Below, in pieces: positions 26,389 through 35,641 of a stretch of 64,000 nucleotides of DNA. Numbering within the stretch: position 1 is the first letter of the stretch; every line of letters begins with the position of its first letter. The notes below the pieces were generated by a model, which was given only the letters and a program-made list of their open reading frames with translations, searched no databases and was not told where the DNA came from. The stretch lies in sequence record NC_028945.1; one strand, written 5' to 3'. The position numbers and the translations under genes are program-made.

Positions 26389-26577
26389 ATGCTCGTTAAA
26401 GTTCATTGGGTAATTCGTGATCTTGGTGACGGTTCCGCGACCGTCAAATTCTTTCCTTCAGAGGAAGCCAAGGACAGATATGTTCAAAGCGAAACTGTCT
26501 TTGGTGACGGTGAAGAAATCATCCTTGGTGAAGACTCTGATACCCTAATTGAAGATCAATTTGAGATTATTGAATAA
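26389..26577 (+). CDS. hypothetical acidic protein
   Basis: ATG 26389; abuts next gene. Confidence 0.6.
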   Translation: MLVKVHWVIRDLGDGSATVKFFPSEEAKDRYVQSETVFGDGEEIILGEDSDTLIEDQFEIIE

Positions 26578-26859
26578 ATGATCAGAACAATTCTCGGTTA
26601 TTGTGCCCGTATTCAGAACGGGCGGACAGAAGACGACATTTTCGATCACCTGAATGATGAATTTGTCGAACTTGGTCTTGACATCATCAACACGAGGAAC
26701 GACAGACCGATTGGAGAAGACGGCATCCTTGGTGAAGCCATCGACGTCCTGCTTTGTGCCATTGACTATGAGCACAAGAAAAATCCCAACATTACCGCCG
26801 AAGAAATCGAAGCCATTATCCTGCGCAAGCTGGACAAATGGGAACGGATTTACGGCTAA
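26578..26859 (+). CDS. MazG-like NTP pyrophosphohydrolase
   Basis: HL..E..EL...GEAIDV..CA.D and K..KW pattern. Confidence 0.65.
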   Translation: MIRTILGYCARIQNGRTEDDIFDHLNDEFVELGLDIINTRNDRPIGEDGILGEAIDVLLCAIDYEHKKNPNITAEEIEAIILRKLDKWERIYG

Positions 26860-26881
26860 ACTCTCCCCGAAAGGATAAATT

Positions 26882-27631
26882 ATGAATTCCGTGATCGCGT
26901 TCATCAAGGACGCGGATAATAAGTTTACCGTTGCCTACAGCGGCGCGTTGATTCTCACTGCCATCACCTTCATCGTCGGTCTTTCTGCTGGCATGATCCC
27001 TTCAATCAATTGGGTTGAAGTATTCGCCGTGGCGACATCGTATGTCTGTGTCATCCTCGTCAATTATCAGTCCCGATGGAATTATCCGTGGGGGATCATT
27101 TCACAGATTGCCATTTTCTTTACCCTTATCTTTTCCGGTCTTCCGGCGCTGGCAATCTTCAATCTTTATCTTGTCGGCAGTCTGATCTATGGCTTCTATT
27201 ATTGGAAGTCGGACGAAAACACCGTGCCGGTGACCTATGTGGCGAGTTGGAAAAATTGGCTTGGTTACGCATTATTTGGTGCCTTGGTTCTTGCGCTCTA
27301 CTTCGGTTGTGTGTATATTATCGAACCATCCAATTTCGCGAATGTGTCCAAAGTTGACGCATTTATCGCGGCACTCTCCGGTATCGCTCAATTCCTTCTT
27401 GACCGAAAGAAGCTTGAATCGTGGTATCTTTGGATTGCGGTCAACATCATTTCGATACCGTATTATTTCTATATCGGTCTCACCTTCTTCGCATTCCAAT
27501 ACATTTTCTTCCTGATCAACGCGGTCATTGCTCTGATCGCTTGGCGCAAATCTATGGGAACTTCAAATAATGATGACATTTATTCTAACGTATCTGGTGA
27601 TTGGTCTGGTTCTGTACGCAGCGGGATATAG
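26882..27631 (+). CDS. pnuC: PnuC-family nicotinamide riboside transporter
   Basis: multi-TM; YGFYYW, AQFLLDRK.LESW.LWIAVN motifs; upstream of NadR. Confidence 0.88.
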   Translation: MNSVIAFIKDADNKFTVAYSGALILTAITFIVGLSAGMIPSINWVEVFAVATSYVCVILVNYQSRWNYPWGIISQIAIFFTLIFSGLPALAIFNLYLVGSLIYGFYYWKSDENTVPVTYVASWKNWLGYALFGALVLALYFGCVYIIEPSNFANVSKVDAFIAALSGIAQFLLDRKKLESWYLWIAVNIISIPYYFYIGLTFFAFQYIFFLINAVIALIAWRKSMGTSNNDDIYSNVSGDWSGSVRSGI

Positions 27632-27779
27632 TCTCGACTCCAAAAAGAACCCGCAAAACTACACGTCGGAACGACTTCCTGTTAACATTGGCGTGTGTGT
27701 TTTCTTCACTGTTGCTTGGGCAATCATCATGCCTATCGTTCTCTACGCGCTGATACAGGCGAAGAAAGCGCAACAGTGA
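27570..27779 (+). CDS. small membrane protein
   Basis: two TM helices. Confidence 0.6.
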   Translation: MMTFILTYLVIGLVLYAAGYSLDSKKNPQNYTSERLPVNIGVCVFFTVAWAIIMPIVLYALIQAKKAQQ

Positions 27780-27943
27780 GTTGGTTGATCGCATACTTTC
27801 TGATCGGTCTGATGATCAGTGGTTTCTTCATGCAACAACCCGGTATCGATGTGTTGGGCGCGGACGAAAAGCGCGCCCTACTCGCCACGTCCTTCCTGAT
27901 GTGGCCCCTCATCCTGATCGGTTTTCTTATCTCTAAGGATTAA
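27776..27943 (+). CDS. small membrane protein
   Basis: GTGA coupling; two TM helices. Confidence 0.55.
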   Translation: MSWLIAYFLIGLMISGFFMQQPGIDVLGADEKRALLATSFLMWPLILIGFLISKD

Positions 27944-27945
27944 TC

Positions 27946-28977
27946 TTGAAAAAAGCTGTTGTTCTGATGACCGCATTAGTTCCTACCCTTGGGCACGCGG
28001 CGCTGATCCGTTTCGCCTCTGATTTGGTTGGTCCTACCGGACTTGTTGATGTGATCGTTTCTGGTCGTTCGTTTGAGCCGGTGCCGCTGGAATGGCGTGT
28101 TGAGTCGCTTAGAGACCATTTCCAAATCATCGGTAATGTGAACTTCTGGTCACATGACGATGACGATGCTCCGCAAAATCCCGCGACCGCTGAAGAGTGG
28201 GCATATTGGCGCAAGACCGTTGTCGAGGATTGTTTCGGAAACGAAATTAAGTATGACTATTTCGTCGCTTCGGAGCCGTACGGCAAGAAGATGGCGGACC
28301 TGATCGGTGCTCAATTCGTCCCGTTCGACATCTACCGACAAATCCTCAACATCAAGGGAACGACTGTCCGCAAATACCTTGACGAATCGTTCCATCTGTT
28401 GATCCCGGAATTTCAGGCACGTCTCACCAAGCGTGTGACGATCTTCGGTTCCGAATCATGCGGCAAGACGTCGATGACAAGCAGTCTTTTCGACTATGGA
28501 ACCTGTATTCACGAATTCGCCCGCCCATATCTCGAAATGATGGACGACAAGACCATCACAGACGAAAAGATGGAAACCATCATTCGTGGGCAATATGCGC
28601 TTCAGCAAGCCGCTATGGACGGCGCGCGACCGGTTATCATTCAGGATACCGACCTTCTTTCGACTATCGGTTATTACCGCATCTTCGGTAGCAATTACCA
28701 CACGACCCCGCTTGAACGAATGTTTCGAGACACGAAGTCGGACCTGTACATTGTCATGAACGACAAAATTCCGTTCGTCCCGGACCCGCTCCGCTATGGT
28801 GGCGACAAGCGCGAATCGGATACACAGTTCTGGATTGATCTTCTGGAAGAATACAACTGTAACTATTATGTCGTTCAGGAGACCGTTGCTTCGAAACAAT
28901 ATGATGAAGTGACTGCCGTTCTCGAAACACACATTGAAAATTGGTTCGGTCCGATCCGGGATTTTGAGAGGGAATAA
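27946..28977 (+). CDS. nadR: NadR-like bifunctional NMN adenylyltransferase / ribosylnicotinamide kinase
   Basis: P.T.GH..LI (HxGH-like), ASE.YG, GSESCGKT P-loop, E(F)AR.Y, DTD..ST, D.LRYG. Confidence 0.88.
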   Translation: MKKAVVLMTALVPTLGHAALIRFASDLVGPTGLVDVIVSGRSFEPVPLEWRVESLRDHFQIIGNVNFWSHDDDDAPQNPATAEEWAYWRKTVVEDCFGNEIKYDYFVASEPYGKKMADLIGAQFVPFDIYRQILNIKGTTVRKYLDESFHLLIPEFQARLTKRVTIFGSESCGKTSMTSSLFDYGTCIHEFARPYLEMMDDKTITDEKMETIIRGQYALQQAAMDGARPVIIQDTDLLSTIGYYRIFGSNYHTTPLERMFRDTKSDLYIVMNDKIPFVPDPLRYGGDKRESDTQFWIDLLEEYNCNYYVVQETVASKQYDEVTAVLETHIENWFGPIRDFERE

Positions 28978-29075
28978 ATTCAAAAATTCCTTGCCAATTT
29001 TCTAAAATAATCATTGACAGGATTTAATTCAAATAATACCTTGTACGCATATTCCCTACCACAAAAGGATTAGAC

Positions 29076-29564
29076 ATGCAGAAAGTCTTTGTTTCCGAAG
29101 CCGCCAAGCGCAAGATCAAATGGAGCGAGGGCGGACGGATACTCGTCTGCGATATGGAAGACAATGTTCTTTCGATTGAAAAATACACCAAGGGCAGTCT
29201 CGCCAACATCATTGGCTTTCTCGAAAAGAAGACCACCGAAAAGAAGCCTTCCCCGAAGTTCAACGCTGTTGCCCGCAACCTGCTTGCCGGTGTCAACGGC
29301 TTCGACATGATCCAAGACGGCGACGATTTCCTCTGTATCGTCAACAACAAGACCCCGAAGGTCAAGCTTCGCCGGACGTGGCACAAGACCGTTGAATCGC
29401 TGAAGATGTACGTTCCGGTTGAATTCAAAATGAAAGAGAATGCCCGTTACGACGTAATTTTCGAAGATGACGGCACGATCTATTTCCAGTTCCGTGAGGA
29501 AATTTCCGCTGAAAACATCAACGCCTCCTACAACACTCCGGTTCTGAATTCCTATGCAGTATAA
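29076..29564 (+). CDS. putative tandem AbrB/SpoVT-like DNA-binding protein
   Basis: promoter TTGAC(29014)-N18-TACCTT; two swapped-hairpin-like segments (KVFVSEAAKRKIKWSEGGRILV; SLKMYVPVEFKMKENARYDVIFEDDG.I). Confidence 0.5.
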   Translation: MQKVFVSEAAKRKIKWSEGGRILVCDMEDNVLSIEKYTKGSLANIIGFLEKKTTEKKPSPKFNAVARNLLAGVNGFDMIQDGDDFLCIVNNKTPKVKLRRTWHKTVESLKMYVPVEFKMKENARYDVIFEDDGTIYFQFREEISAENINASYNTPVLNSYAV

Positions 29565-29763
29565 AATGAATTATCGCGAACTTCTAAAGAAATACATGAA
29601 CTATGTCGGTCATGAACTTGAGACACACTGTCTTCCCTTTCATGAGGAAGACATCTTTTCCCGTGACGAGATAGAAGAACTGATGCACATTTCTTGTGAA
29701 ATTGAAGAGGATGCCGAAGAATTTGAAGCAGCATGTCAACGTGCTCAACAGAGCTTTTCTTAA
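29554..29763 (+). CDS. hypothetical protein
   Basis: ELL.KYM..V..E.G-like family pattern. Confidence 0.6.
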   Translation: MQYKMNYRELLKKYMNYVGHELETHCLPFHEEDIFSRDEIEELMHISCEIEEDAEEFEAACQRAQQSFS

Positions 29764-30082
29764 AGTTTACCGGGAAGAGTCCCTTAAAGAGCACGACGGA
29801 AAGTGTACCTTCTGTTACGAACCGCTCACCTACAAGAACGTTACCGCCGACCATCGCAAGGCACAAGTCAAAGGCGGCACACACCGAAAAGACAACATTA
29901 CCGCCGCATGTTTCGAATGTAATCAAACAAAGGGAAGCATGAGCGAGTCGGCATATCGCAAGGCGATCAAAAGTCCGTCCGGACGCAACATCTATTTCTT
30001 GATGGCATGGTCCCGCCGAAAGATCAATCTTCAGACGGATCGATCTATCAATAACATCAAAACTTATTTTGGAATGGAATAA
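29711..30082 (+). CDS. small HNH endonuclease (Zn-finger, McrA-like)
   Basis: CTFC...TADH...GG...NI..AC.ECN..KG; start uncertain (29696/29711). Confidence 0.8.
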   Translation: MPKNLKQHVNVLNRAFLKVYREESLKEHDGKCTFCYEPLTYKNVTADHRKAQVKGGTHRKDNITAACFECNQTKGSMSESAYRKAIKSPSGRNIYFLMAWSRRKINLQTDRSINNIKTYFGME

Positions 30083-30543
30083 TGAACCTTCAGGAAATCG
30101 AACAGCTTCAGAACGCATACATAGATGGTCTGATCAAGTTCTCCCGGTCTCAAAAGAAGTTTTGGCGCAAGGTGCCCTATCTTGCTGCGCGTTGCCAAGG
30201 GAATGGCGGATATTCCGATCAATACTCTTACGCCATTCGGGAAGGTTACTGGCGTGTCGGCGGAAGAACTGGTTATGGTTCGTACCACTATCGCGTCGAT
30301 TGTGCGACCGGCAATATTTGTGACTGGACGTTGACCGGCGACCACACCAAGCCGACAAAGTTCACGAAAGACTTGATTATGGTTCTCCCACACGAATTAA
30401 ACGCAGAGAAGATTTTTGAAGAGCTTTTGATTGATTCACAGAAACCGGTTAGATCACTCTTCAAGACCGAAGCACAAGTCCGGGCGGATCAAGACGAACT
30501 TATTGAGAAATACGGCATTACACCAATTTATAAACGAAAATAG
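30082..30543 (+). CDS. hypothetical protein
   Basis: TAATG coupling. Confidence 0.7.
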   Translation: MNLQEIEQLQNAYIDGLIKFSRSQKKFWRKVPYLAARCQGNGGYSDQYSYAIREGYWRVGGRTGYGSYHYRVDCATGNICDWTLTGDHTKPTKFTKDLIMVLPHELNAEKIFEELLIDSQKPVRSLFKTEAQVRADQDELIEKYGITPIYKRK

Positions 30544-30554
30544 GAAAGGTTATA

Positions 30555-31133
30555 TTGTCAAATACTAATAGGATTGCGGTTGCTGCTGCGCTTCCGCGAA
30601 TTTTTAAGGAAATTACTGAAGTCAATGCCAAGTGGCATCTTCACCCGGACGGAACTCCGAAGCCCCGCGACGAAGAATTTGAACCCCGCTGTATTCTCCT
30701 GATGTTCTCGGAACTGATGGAAGCATTCGAAGGCATCCGCAAGGGCAATCAGCCCGACAGCCATCTTCCGCAATATCCGTCCGAATCGGTCGAAATCGTT
30801 GACCTGTTTATTCGCGGTATCGACTTCGTTGTGTTCGCGGATGACACGGTTCTGCGCAAGGCGCTTCTCACCAACATCCACAATGATTCGACCACCCGCG
30901 CTATTGCTGGTCTTTCGAAGATCGAATTCTACGCGATGGTGACGATGATCCTCAACAAGGCATATGACGACGTCAATGTTGGCATCGCGTCCCTGATCGA
31001 CACGGTTATTGCCTATTGCGACATCCATGACATTCCGCTGATGGAAATCTACGAAGCGAAGATGGAATACAACCGCAATCGCGCCGACCACAAGGCGGAA
31101 GCTCGTGCGAGCGTGGGAGGCAAGCAATTTTGA
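30555..31133 (+). CDS. MazG-like / dUTPase-like NTP pyrophosphohydrolase
   Basis: LM.SEL.EA.EG.RK...D.HLP...E..E..D..IR..D; K..YN..R. Confidence 0.75.
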   Translation: MSNTNRIAVAAALPRIFKEITEVNAKWHLHPDGTPKPRDEEFEPRCILLMFSELMEAFEGIRKGNQPDSHLPQYPSESVEIVDLFIRGIDFVVFADDTVLRKALLTNIHNDSTTRAIAGLSKIEFYAMVTMILNKAYDDVNVGIASLIDTVIAYCDIHDIPLMEIYEAKMEYNRNRADHKAEARASVGGKQF

Positions 31134-32269
31134 TTGATGACCGCAAGATGTCTACTCTCTACAAGATAGACGAGAACGACAATATCCGCGAATGGTTCAT
31201 TCAATTGGACGGGAACCGCTATTGTGTCCATTCTGGTATACAAGGCGGCAAGACGGTCGTCTCCAAATGGAAGGAAGCCAAGCCGAAGAACGTCGGCAAG
31301 GCAAACGAAGTCTGTGCCGAACAGCAAGCCATTCTTGAAGTCGAACGTAAATACGTCGAACAGAAGAAGACGGGCGGCTATTACGACACCGTCGAACTCG
31401 CTCGTGAAGGCTTCAAGACCTATTTCCAGCCGATGCTTGCCGAGAAATGGAAAGATCGCAAACCGACATGGGGTGCGACATTCCCGCTTTGGTCTCAACC
31501 GAAACTGGACGGTTGCCGCGCGGTCTCTACCTATGACGCGCTGAAGTCCCGCGAAGGTGAAGCGTTTATCACGCCAACCAAGATTATTAAGATCATGAAA
31601 CGGCTTCATGAGATTTACCCGTCATATGTGTTTGACGGTGAACTCTACAACCACAAGTACCGGAACGATTTTGAGAAGATCGTTTCGCTGATCCGGAAGC
31701 AGAAGCCGACCGAAGCACATATCGAAGAGTGTAACGAAAAGATCGAATATCACATCTACGATATGTTCGACCGAAATCGCCCGGACCTTCCCTTCTCCGA
31801 ACGGTTCGCAATCCTTCAAGGCATCCTTCATGATTTTGATGAACGGATCGTCCTTGTGGAGACCAAGCTTGTCCACAATGAGGAAGAGCTTGACGCGCTT
31901 TACGGCGAATATCTGGAAAATGAATTCGAAGGACAGATGGTTCGCGTCGATGGTCCTTACGAAATGCGTCGATCCAAGACTCTTCTCAAGAGGAAGGAAT
32001 TTGAAGACGCGGAATTCCAAATCGAATCGGTCGAAGAAGGCGAGGGCAATTGGTCCGGCGCGCTGAAGGTCGTTTGGATCAAGCTTGAAGACGGACGGAA
32101 TCAGAAGGCGACCCCGCGTGGCACCTATGACGATCTTGCCGCTCTTTTGAAGGAAGCCGACACGCTCCCCGGCACCGATGTGACGGTTCGTTTTCAAGGC
32201 AGGACCGGTGGCGGAAAGCTTCGGTTCCCAATCGTCACGGTCTTTTGGCGTGGCAAACGTGACGTTTAA
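31130..32269 (+). CDS. lig: ATP-dependent DNA ligase (gp30-like)
   Basis: PMLA, QPKLDG.R, DGELY, EG.MVR, LLK.K.F.D.EF, T..G.LRFP. Confidence 0.92.
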   Translation: MIDDRKMSTLYKIDENDNIREWFIQLDGNRYCVHSGIQGGKTVVSKWKEAKPKNVGKANEVCAEQQAILEVERKYVEQKKTGGYYDTVELAREGFKTYFQPMLAEKWKDRKPTWGATFPLWSQPKLDGCRAVSTYDALKSREGEAFITPTKIIKIMKRLHEIYPSYVFDGELYNHKYRNDFEKIVSLIRKQKPTEAHIEECNEKIEYHIYDMFDRNRPDLPFSERFAILQGILHDFDERIVLVETKLVHNEEELDALYGEYLENEFEGQMVRVDGPYEMRRSKTLLKRKEFEDAEFQIESVEEGEGNWSGALKVVWIKLEDGRNQKATPRGTYDDLAALLKEADTLPGTDVTVRFQGRTGGGKLRFPIVTVFWRGKRDV

Positions 32270-32284
32270 TTAAGAGGATTATAA

Positions 32285-32650
32285 ATGACTGAATTTATCG
32301 AGTGGGGCGGCGGCGAACGTCCCGTTCCCGGACTTACCAAGGTTGAGCTTCAATTCCGTGGCGTCGATTTTGCGTATGAATTTACCTATGCCCAAGAGGT
32401 TGATTGGTTCCATTCTGCCAATGAGGAAGACGAAGAGTTCGATATCGTTGGGTATCGCATTCTTGAGGACCAAGGCAGCGAATGGATTCAGTGGAATGGT
32501 GGCGAAAATCCCGTTCCCGGTCAAAGGGTTGAGACCATTTTCCGTGGCTTCACCTATGTCTATGAACTGGCATCTGAAGACTTCGATTGGTCGCATCAGC
32601 CCGACGATCCAACCGTGGACATCGTCCTTTATCGACCGGTTGATGAATGA
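32285..32650 (+). CDS. hypothetical protein made of two tandem ~58-aa repeats
   Basis: EFIEWGGGE.PVPG..VE..FRG...DW.H...DIV.YR present twice. Confidence 0.75.
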   Translation: MTEFIEWGGGERPVPGLTKVELQFRGVDFAYEFTYAQEVDWFHSANEEDEEFDIVGYRILEDQGSEWIQWNGGENPVPGQRVETIFRGFTYVYELASEDFDWSHQPDDPTVDIVLYRPVDE

Positions 32651-32898
32651 AAAAACTCATTTCTGCCATAATCGACCCGTTTAAGAACGAACGGCTCATC
32701 GGGAACGAACGATGGGTCGCAACCCCCGAACCCCCAACTCCGGTAGTGACATCCCGTAAGAATATTGACGTTTCTGGTTTCATGTATCGTCATGACGGGA
32801 TGTGGTACTTCGGCAAGCAAGGAGAGAAGGCATGTCTTTATTCGTTCTTAGCGTTCACGCTGGTGAGCGTGGTGATTATGGTAACTACCACTTTTTGA
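32647..32898 (+). CDS. hypothetical protein with C-terminal TM
   Basis: ATGA coupling. Confidence 0.6.
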   Translation: MKKLISAIIDPFKNERLIGNERWVATPEPPTPVVTSRKNIDVSGFMYRHDGMWYFGKQGEKACLYSFLAFTLVSVVIMVTTTF

Positions 32899-33091
32899 TG
32901 AATGTCGTGGAACCTAAATCTGTGTCATGAATTAACGTGGGGATTTCTCGCACTTTTAATCAAATGTTATCGAATGTTCAAAAAAAGTGCTTGACTTACA
33001 AAATTGCCGCTTGACAGAGATCAAACCGAATCATATATCTCTATCCATAGGCAATGACCTAACAAAGAGAAACACGAAAGGGTTCTACATC

Positions 33092-33352
33092 ATGGCAAAC
33101 AAGTCGAAAGTTGAAAACCGTCGGTGGATCGTTGAACGTCTCGCCGAAATCCGCGAAGGTACACACAACCTGTCGTACCATCTGCTTCGTGAAATCGAGC
33201 GTCTTCGTTTGATCGAACCGGTGTTCGTCAAGCTTGAAGGGCGCGGTCGTCCAATCAAGACCTACACCGTAACCGGCGAAGGTCGGAAGCTTCTTGGACT
33301 TTCCAAGAATTGGCGGCGCGAAGCAGTCGTGCCCCGTGAAATAGCTTCCTAA
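33092..33352 (+). CDS. putative winged-helix DNA-binding protein
   Basis: tandem TTGAC promoters upstream; GRGRP.K.Y..T..G..LL wing motif. Confidence 0.6.
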   Translation: MANKSKVENRRWIVERLAEIREGTHNLSYHLLREIERLRLIEPVFVKLEGRGRPIKTYTVTGEGRKLLGLSKNWRREAVVPREIAS

Positions 33353-33377
33353 ACATTTCAGCAAGGCTGAATACCCC

Positions 33378-33415
33378 AAAACCCCGTTGGATGAAAGTCC
33401 TTCGGGGTTTTTATT
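33378..33415 (+). terminator. rho-independent terminator
   Basis: AAAACCCCG...CGGGGTTTT followed by T-tract. Confidence 0.7.
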
Positions 33416-33489
33416 TTGTCAAGAATTGGTTGACTGGAATTTGTTTTGATTATATGTTTCTCTCATTAGGTTCAAATGGAGAAACAAAC

Positions 33490-33699
33490 ATGACACACAA
33501 ATGGTTTATGACCGGAACACTCTACGCACCGTCGCATGAGGATGTCGGTCACTATTCGTTGAAATATGCCAACGGTCGCCCGCATGTGATTCGTGGTGAC
33601 ACCATCACCTTCCTTTCCCGCAATCCAGTTCAGCCCGGACAGGCAGAATTCATCATTCGCGATGACGATGTGATTATCAATGGAGACGATTATGGTTGA
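33490..33699 (+). CDS. hypothetical protein
   Basis: promoter TTGAC(33430)-N18-TATGTT; RBS GGAG. Confidence 0.6.
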   Translation: MTHKWFMTGTLYAPSHEDVGHYSLKYANGRPHVIRGDTITFLSRNPVQPGQAEFIIRDDDVIINGDDYG

Positions 33700-33865
33700 A
33701 AAACTTGACGAACGCGTTCTACAATTCGCATTAAGGCTTGAAACCATCGACCGAATTCTGTCTGGTTGGGCACACGGAAAATACCGTGAAGGCGTTTCGC
33801 TGGAAATGCTCAATCTCAAACTCACCAAAGCCCGTGAATTATCAGAGGAAATCATCAACCAATGA
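33680..33865 (+). CDS. hypothetical protein
   Basis: coupled ORF. Confidence 0.55.
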   Translation: METIMVEKLDERVLQFALRLETIDRILSGWAHGKYREGVSLEMLNLKLTKARELSEEIINQ

Positions 33866-34206
33866 GCGAATCAACCTACATTGGCACCTTCCTGATGGAA
33901 CTGGACGAAACCCCATTCGAGCAATTCACGCCAGCCGATTGGGCGATGTATTTCATTCAGCGATACGGACAGTTCGACGGACCCCATCACAAGGCATGGG
34001 TTTTGGATCAGGTCGCCCGAATCTTGAAGGGAACTCCGGTCATCATCAGCCAAGCCCGATGGACCGACCACGATCCGGAATGGCGCATTTATACCGCGAC
34101 CGATCCTTCCGACGAATACAAGGTCTGGCGTCGGCTGATGCTTGGTGATTGGGATGAAGACACCCAAGAATTCGAATATGGCTATGACGAAGGAATCGCC
34201 CCGTAA
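33862..34206 (+). CDS. conserved phage hypothetical protein
   Basis: DG.HHK.WVLDQVARIL...Y.YDEGIAP family pattern. Confidence 0.75.
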   Translation: MSESTYIGTFLMELDETPFEQFTPADWAMYFIQRYGQFDGPHHKAWVLDQVARILKGTPVIISQARWTDHDPEWRIYTATDPSDEYKVWRRLMLGDWDEDTQEFEYGYDEGIAP

Positions 34207-34210
34207 AAAT

Positions 34211-34270
34211 TCGAAATAATTTGAAATTGCCTCTTGACGCGAATTCGTTTTCATTATAAGTTTTAATCAT
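34211..34270 (+). promoter_or_regulatory. conserved early promoter cassette
   Basis: TTGAC(34234)-N18-TAAGTT. Confidence 0.78.
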
Positions 34271-34331
34271 GAAAAGAAAATGAGTTCGCGGCATTCCGCC
34301 AGCGACCATCGCGCTAGGAGGCGCTTTCCCC

Positions 34332-34541
34332 ATGCTTTCTGTTCGTGAGCAAATCATCCGCCGTCACTTCGCCGCGAAGACGCTTCGTGCGCTGAAGAAG
34401 AAAGGCATCGAAGTGATGTCCACGACGTTCATTCCGGACGCTTCCGGCGACTACACGCGCGGCGAAACCGCCTATAACATCAACGACAACGATACCGGTC
34501 GTGTGATGACTTTCCTTGAAGTTCTGGCGCTCGCACAATGA
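34332..34541 (+). CDS. hypothetical protein
   Basis: RBS GGAGG. Confidence 0.7.
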   Translation: MLSVREQIIRRHFAAKTLRALKKKGIEVMSTTFIPDASGDYTRGETAYNINDNDTGRVMTFLEVLALAQ

Positions 34542-34744
34542 GCGCCATATCTTTTGAAGAAGCCAAGCGCCACGCGCATGATCTTTGGACCACGGCACAC
34601 GTTCCAATGAATGGGAAATGGTCGTCGCCATATGGTACAATCCAAACGGTCGAACATGGCGAGTGGGAAGCAAAATTGAACAGCGGATGGACCGTCCGGT
34701 TGAGTAGCCACGGTTCGATTATCGGAGGAAGCTATGAACCGTAA
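34538..34744 (+). CDS. hypothetical protein
   Basis: ATGA coupling. Confidence 0.6.
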   Translation: MSAISFEEAKRHAHDLWTTAHVPMNGKWSSPYGTIQTVEHGEWEAKLNSGWTVRLSSHGSIIGGSYEP

Positions 34745-35093
34745 GGAAATGATTGAAGCGATCTGTGAGGTTTCGTCACTCGAATTCCAAACGGAAATCG
34801 GTCACTTCATGGGAATTGACGAGCGAGAATATGACTATGATCAGGTGTCGGCTCTATTCGACGCCATGAACATGGAAGGACAGACGCGCCATGTCGTCAC
34901 AATCGCCCGATCCCTGTTGATCCAATTCGGGTTCTATCGCCCGATGCCTCAAGATGAAATTGAAAACACCTATGTGTCTGGTGGTCGCGTCCCGTGGTTT
35001 TTTAAATTGAACGGAATTCGCTACACGTCCGACGAAACCGACGAAGAATGGTTTGATCCGGCATTTGATCCGGAAAACAGAAAGGAAGATTGA
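34734..35093 (+). CDS. hypothetical protein
   Basis: RBS GGAGG. Confidence 0.65.
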   Translation: MNRKEMIEAICEVSSLEFQTEIGHFMGIDEREYDYDQVSALFDAMNMEGQTRHVVTIARSLLIQFGFYRPMPQDEIENTYVSGGRVPWFFKLNGIRYTSDETDEEWFDPAFDPENRKED

Positions 35094-35094
35094 C

Positions 35095-35565
35095 ATGAAC
35101 AAGATTTTTTCAATTGAACTGTGGCAGTACGACTATCCGGGCGACAATGCCAGACGACGGGATTGGTTTCCGTACGACAACGAACTGATACTGGTGTGTG
35201 CGACACAAGAGCAAATAGACGCTTGGTTGAATGAGCGCTTCGCCGAAATCGTCGCACACAAGATCAGCGAATATGAAGAGAAGATCGCGGATATTGAAGC
35301 CCATATCGAACGCGACATGGAGCGACTCGACGCGATCAATAGCATGAACGATGCTATGCTGGCGACGTTGGGCATCATGAAGCCCAATCCTTCGCTCATC
35401 CCCAATCAGCAAGAAGAAATCAACGTGCTTCGTCTGAGGATTGAAGCACTCGAAACGTCCAGCCTTCAGGACATCATCGACCGTGGTTTGATCGACCGTC
35501 GATGGGTTGCCGATAAGGTCGAAGTCAAAACGCTCGCTGGAATCGACACAGAAAAGTTCAAATAA
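35095..35565 (+). CDS. hypothetical coiled-coil protein
   Basis: RBS AAGGA; ATG 35095. Confidence 0.65.
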   Translation: MNKIFSIELWQYDYPGDNARRRDWFPYDNELILVCATQEQIDAWLNERFAEIVAHKISEYEEKIADIEAHIERDMERLDAINSMNDAMLATLGIMKPNPSLIPNQQEEINVLRLRIEALETSSLQDIIDRGLIDRRWVADKVEVKTLAGIDTEKFK

Positions 35566-35641
35566 TTTCATTTTCCCTATTGACTGGAATCATAACTTGA
35601 TCTAATTTCAAATCATAGAGAGAACGAAAGAGAGACAACGC
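35560..35641 (+). promoter_or_regulatory. conserved early promoter/leader cassette
   Basis: TTGAC(35580)-N18-TAATTT; CATAGAGAGAACGAAAGAGAG. Confidence 0.8.

Noticed and set aside
29711-30082. RNA-guided (IscB/Cas9-like) HNH
   Set aside because: Too short (~123 aa), no RuvC or bridge-helix segments and no adjacent non-coding RNA space
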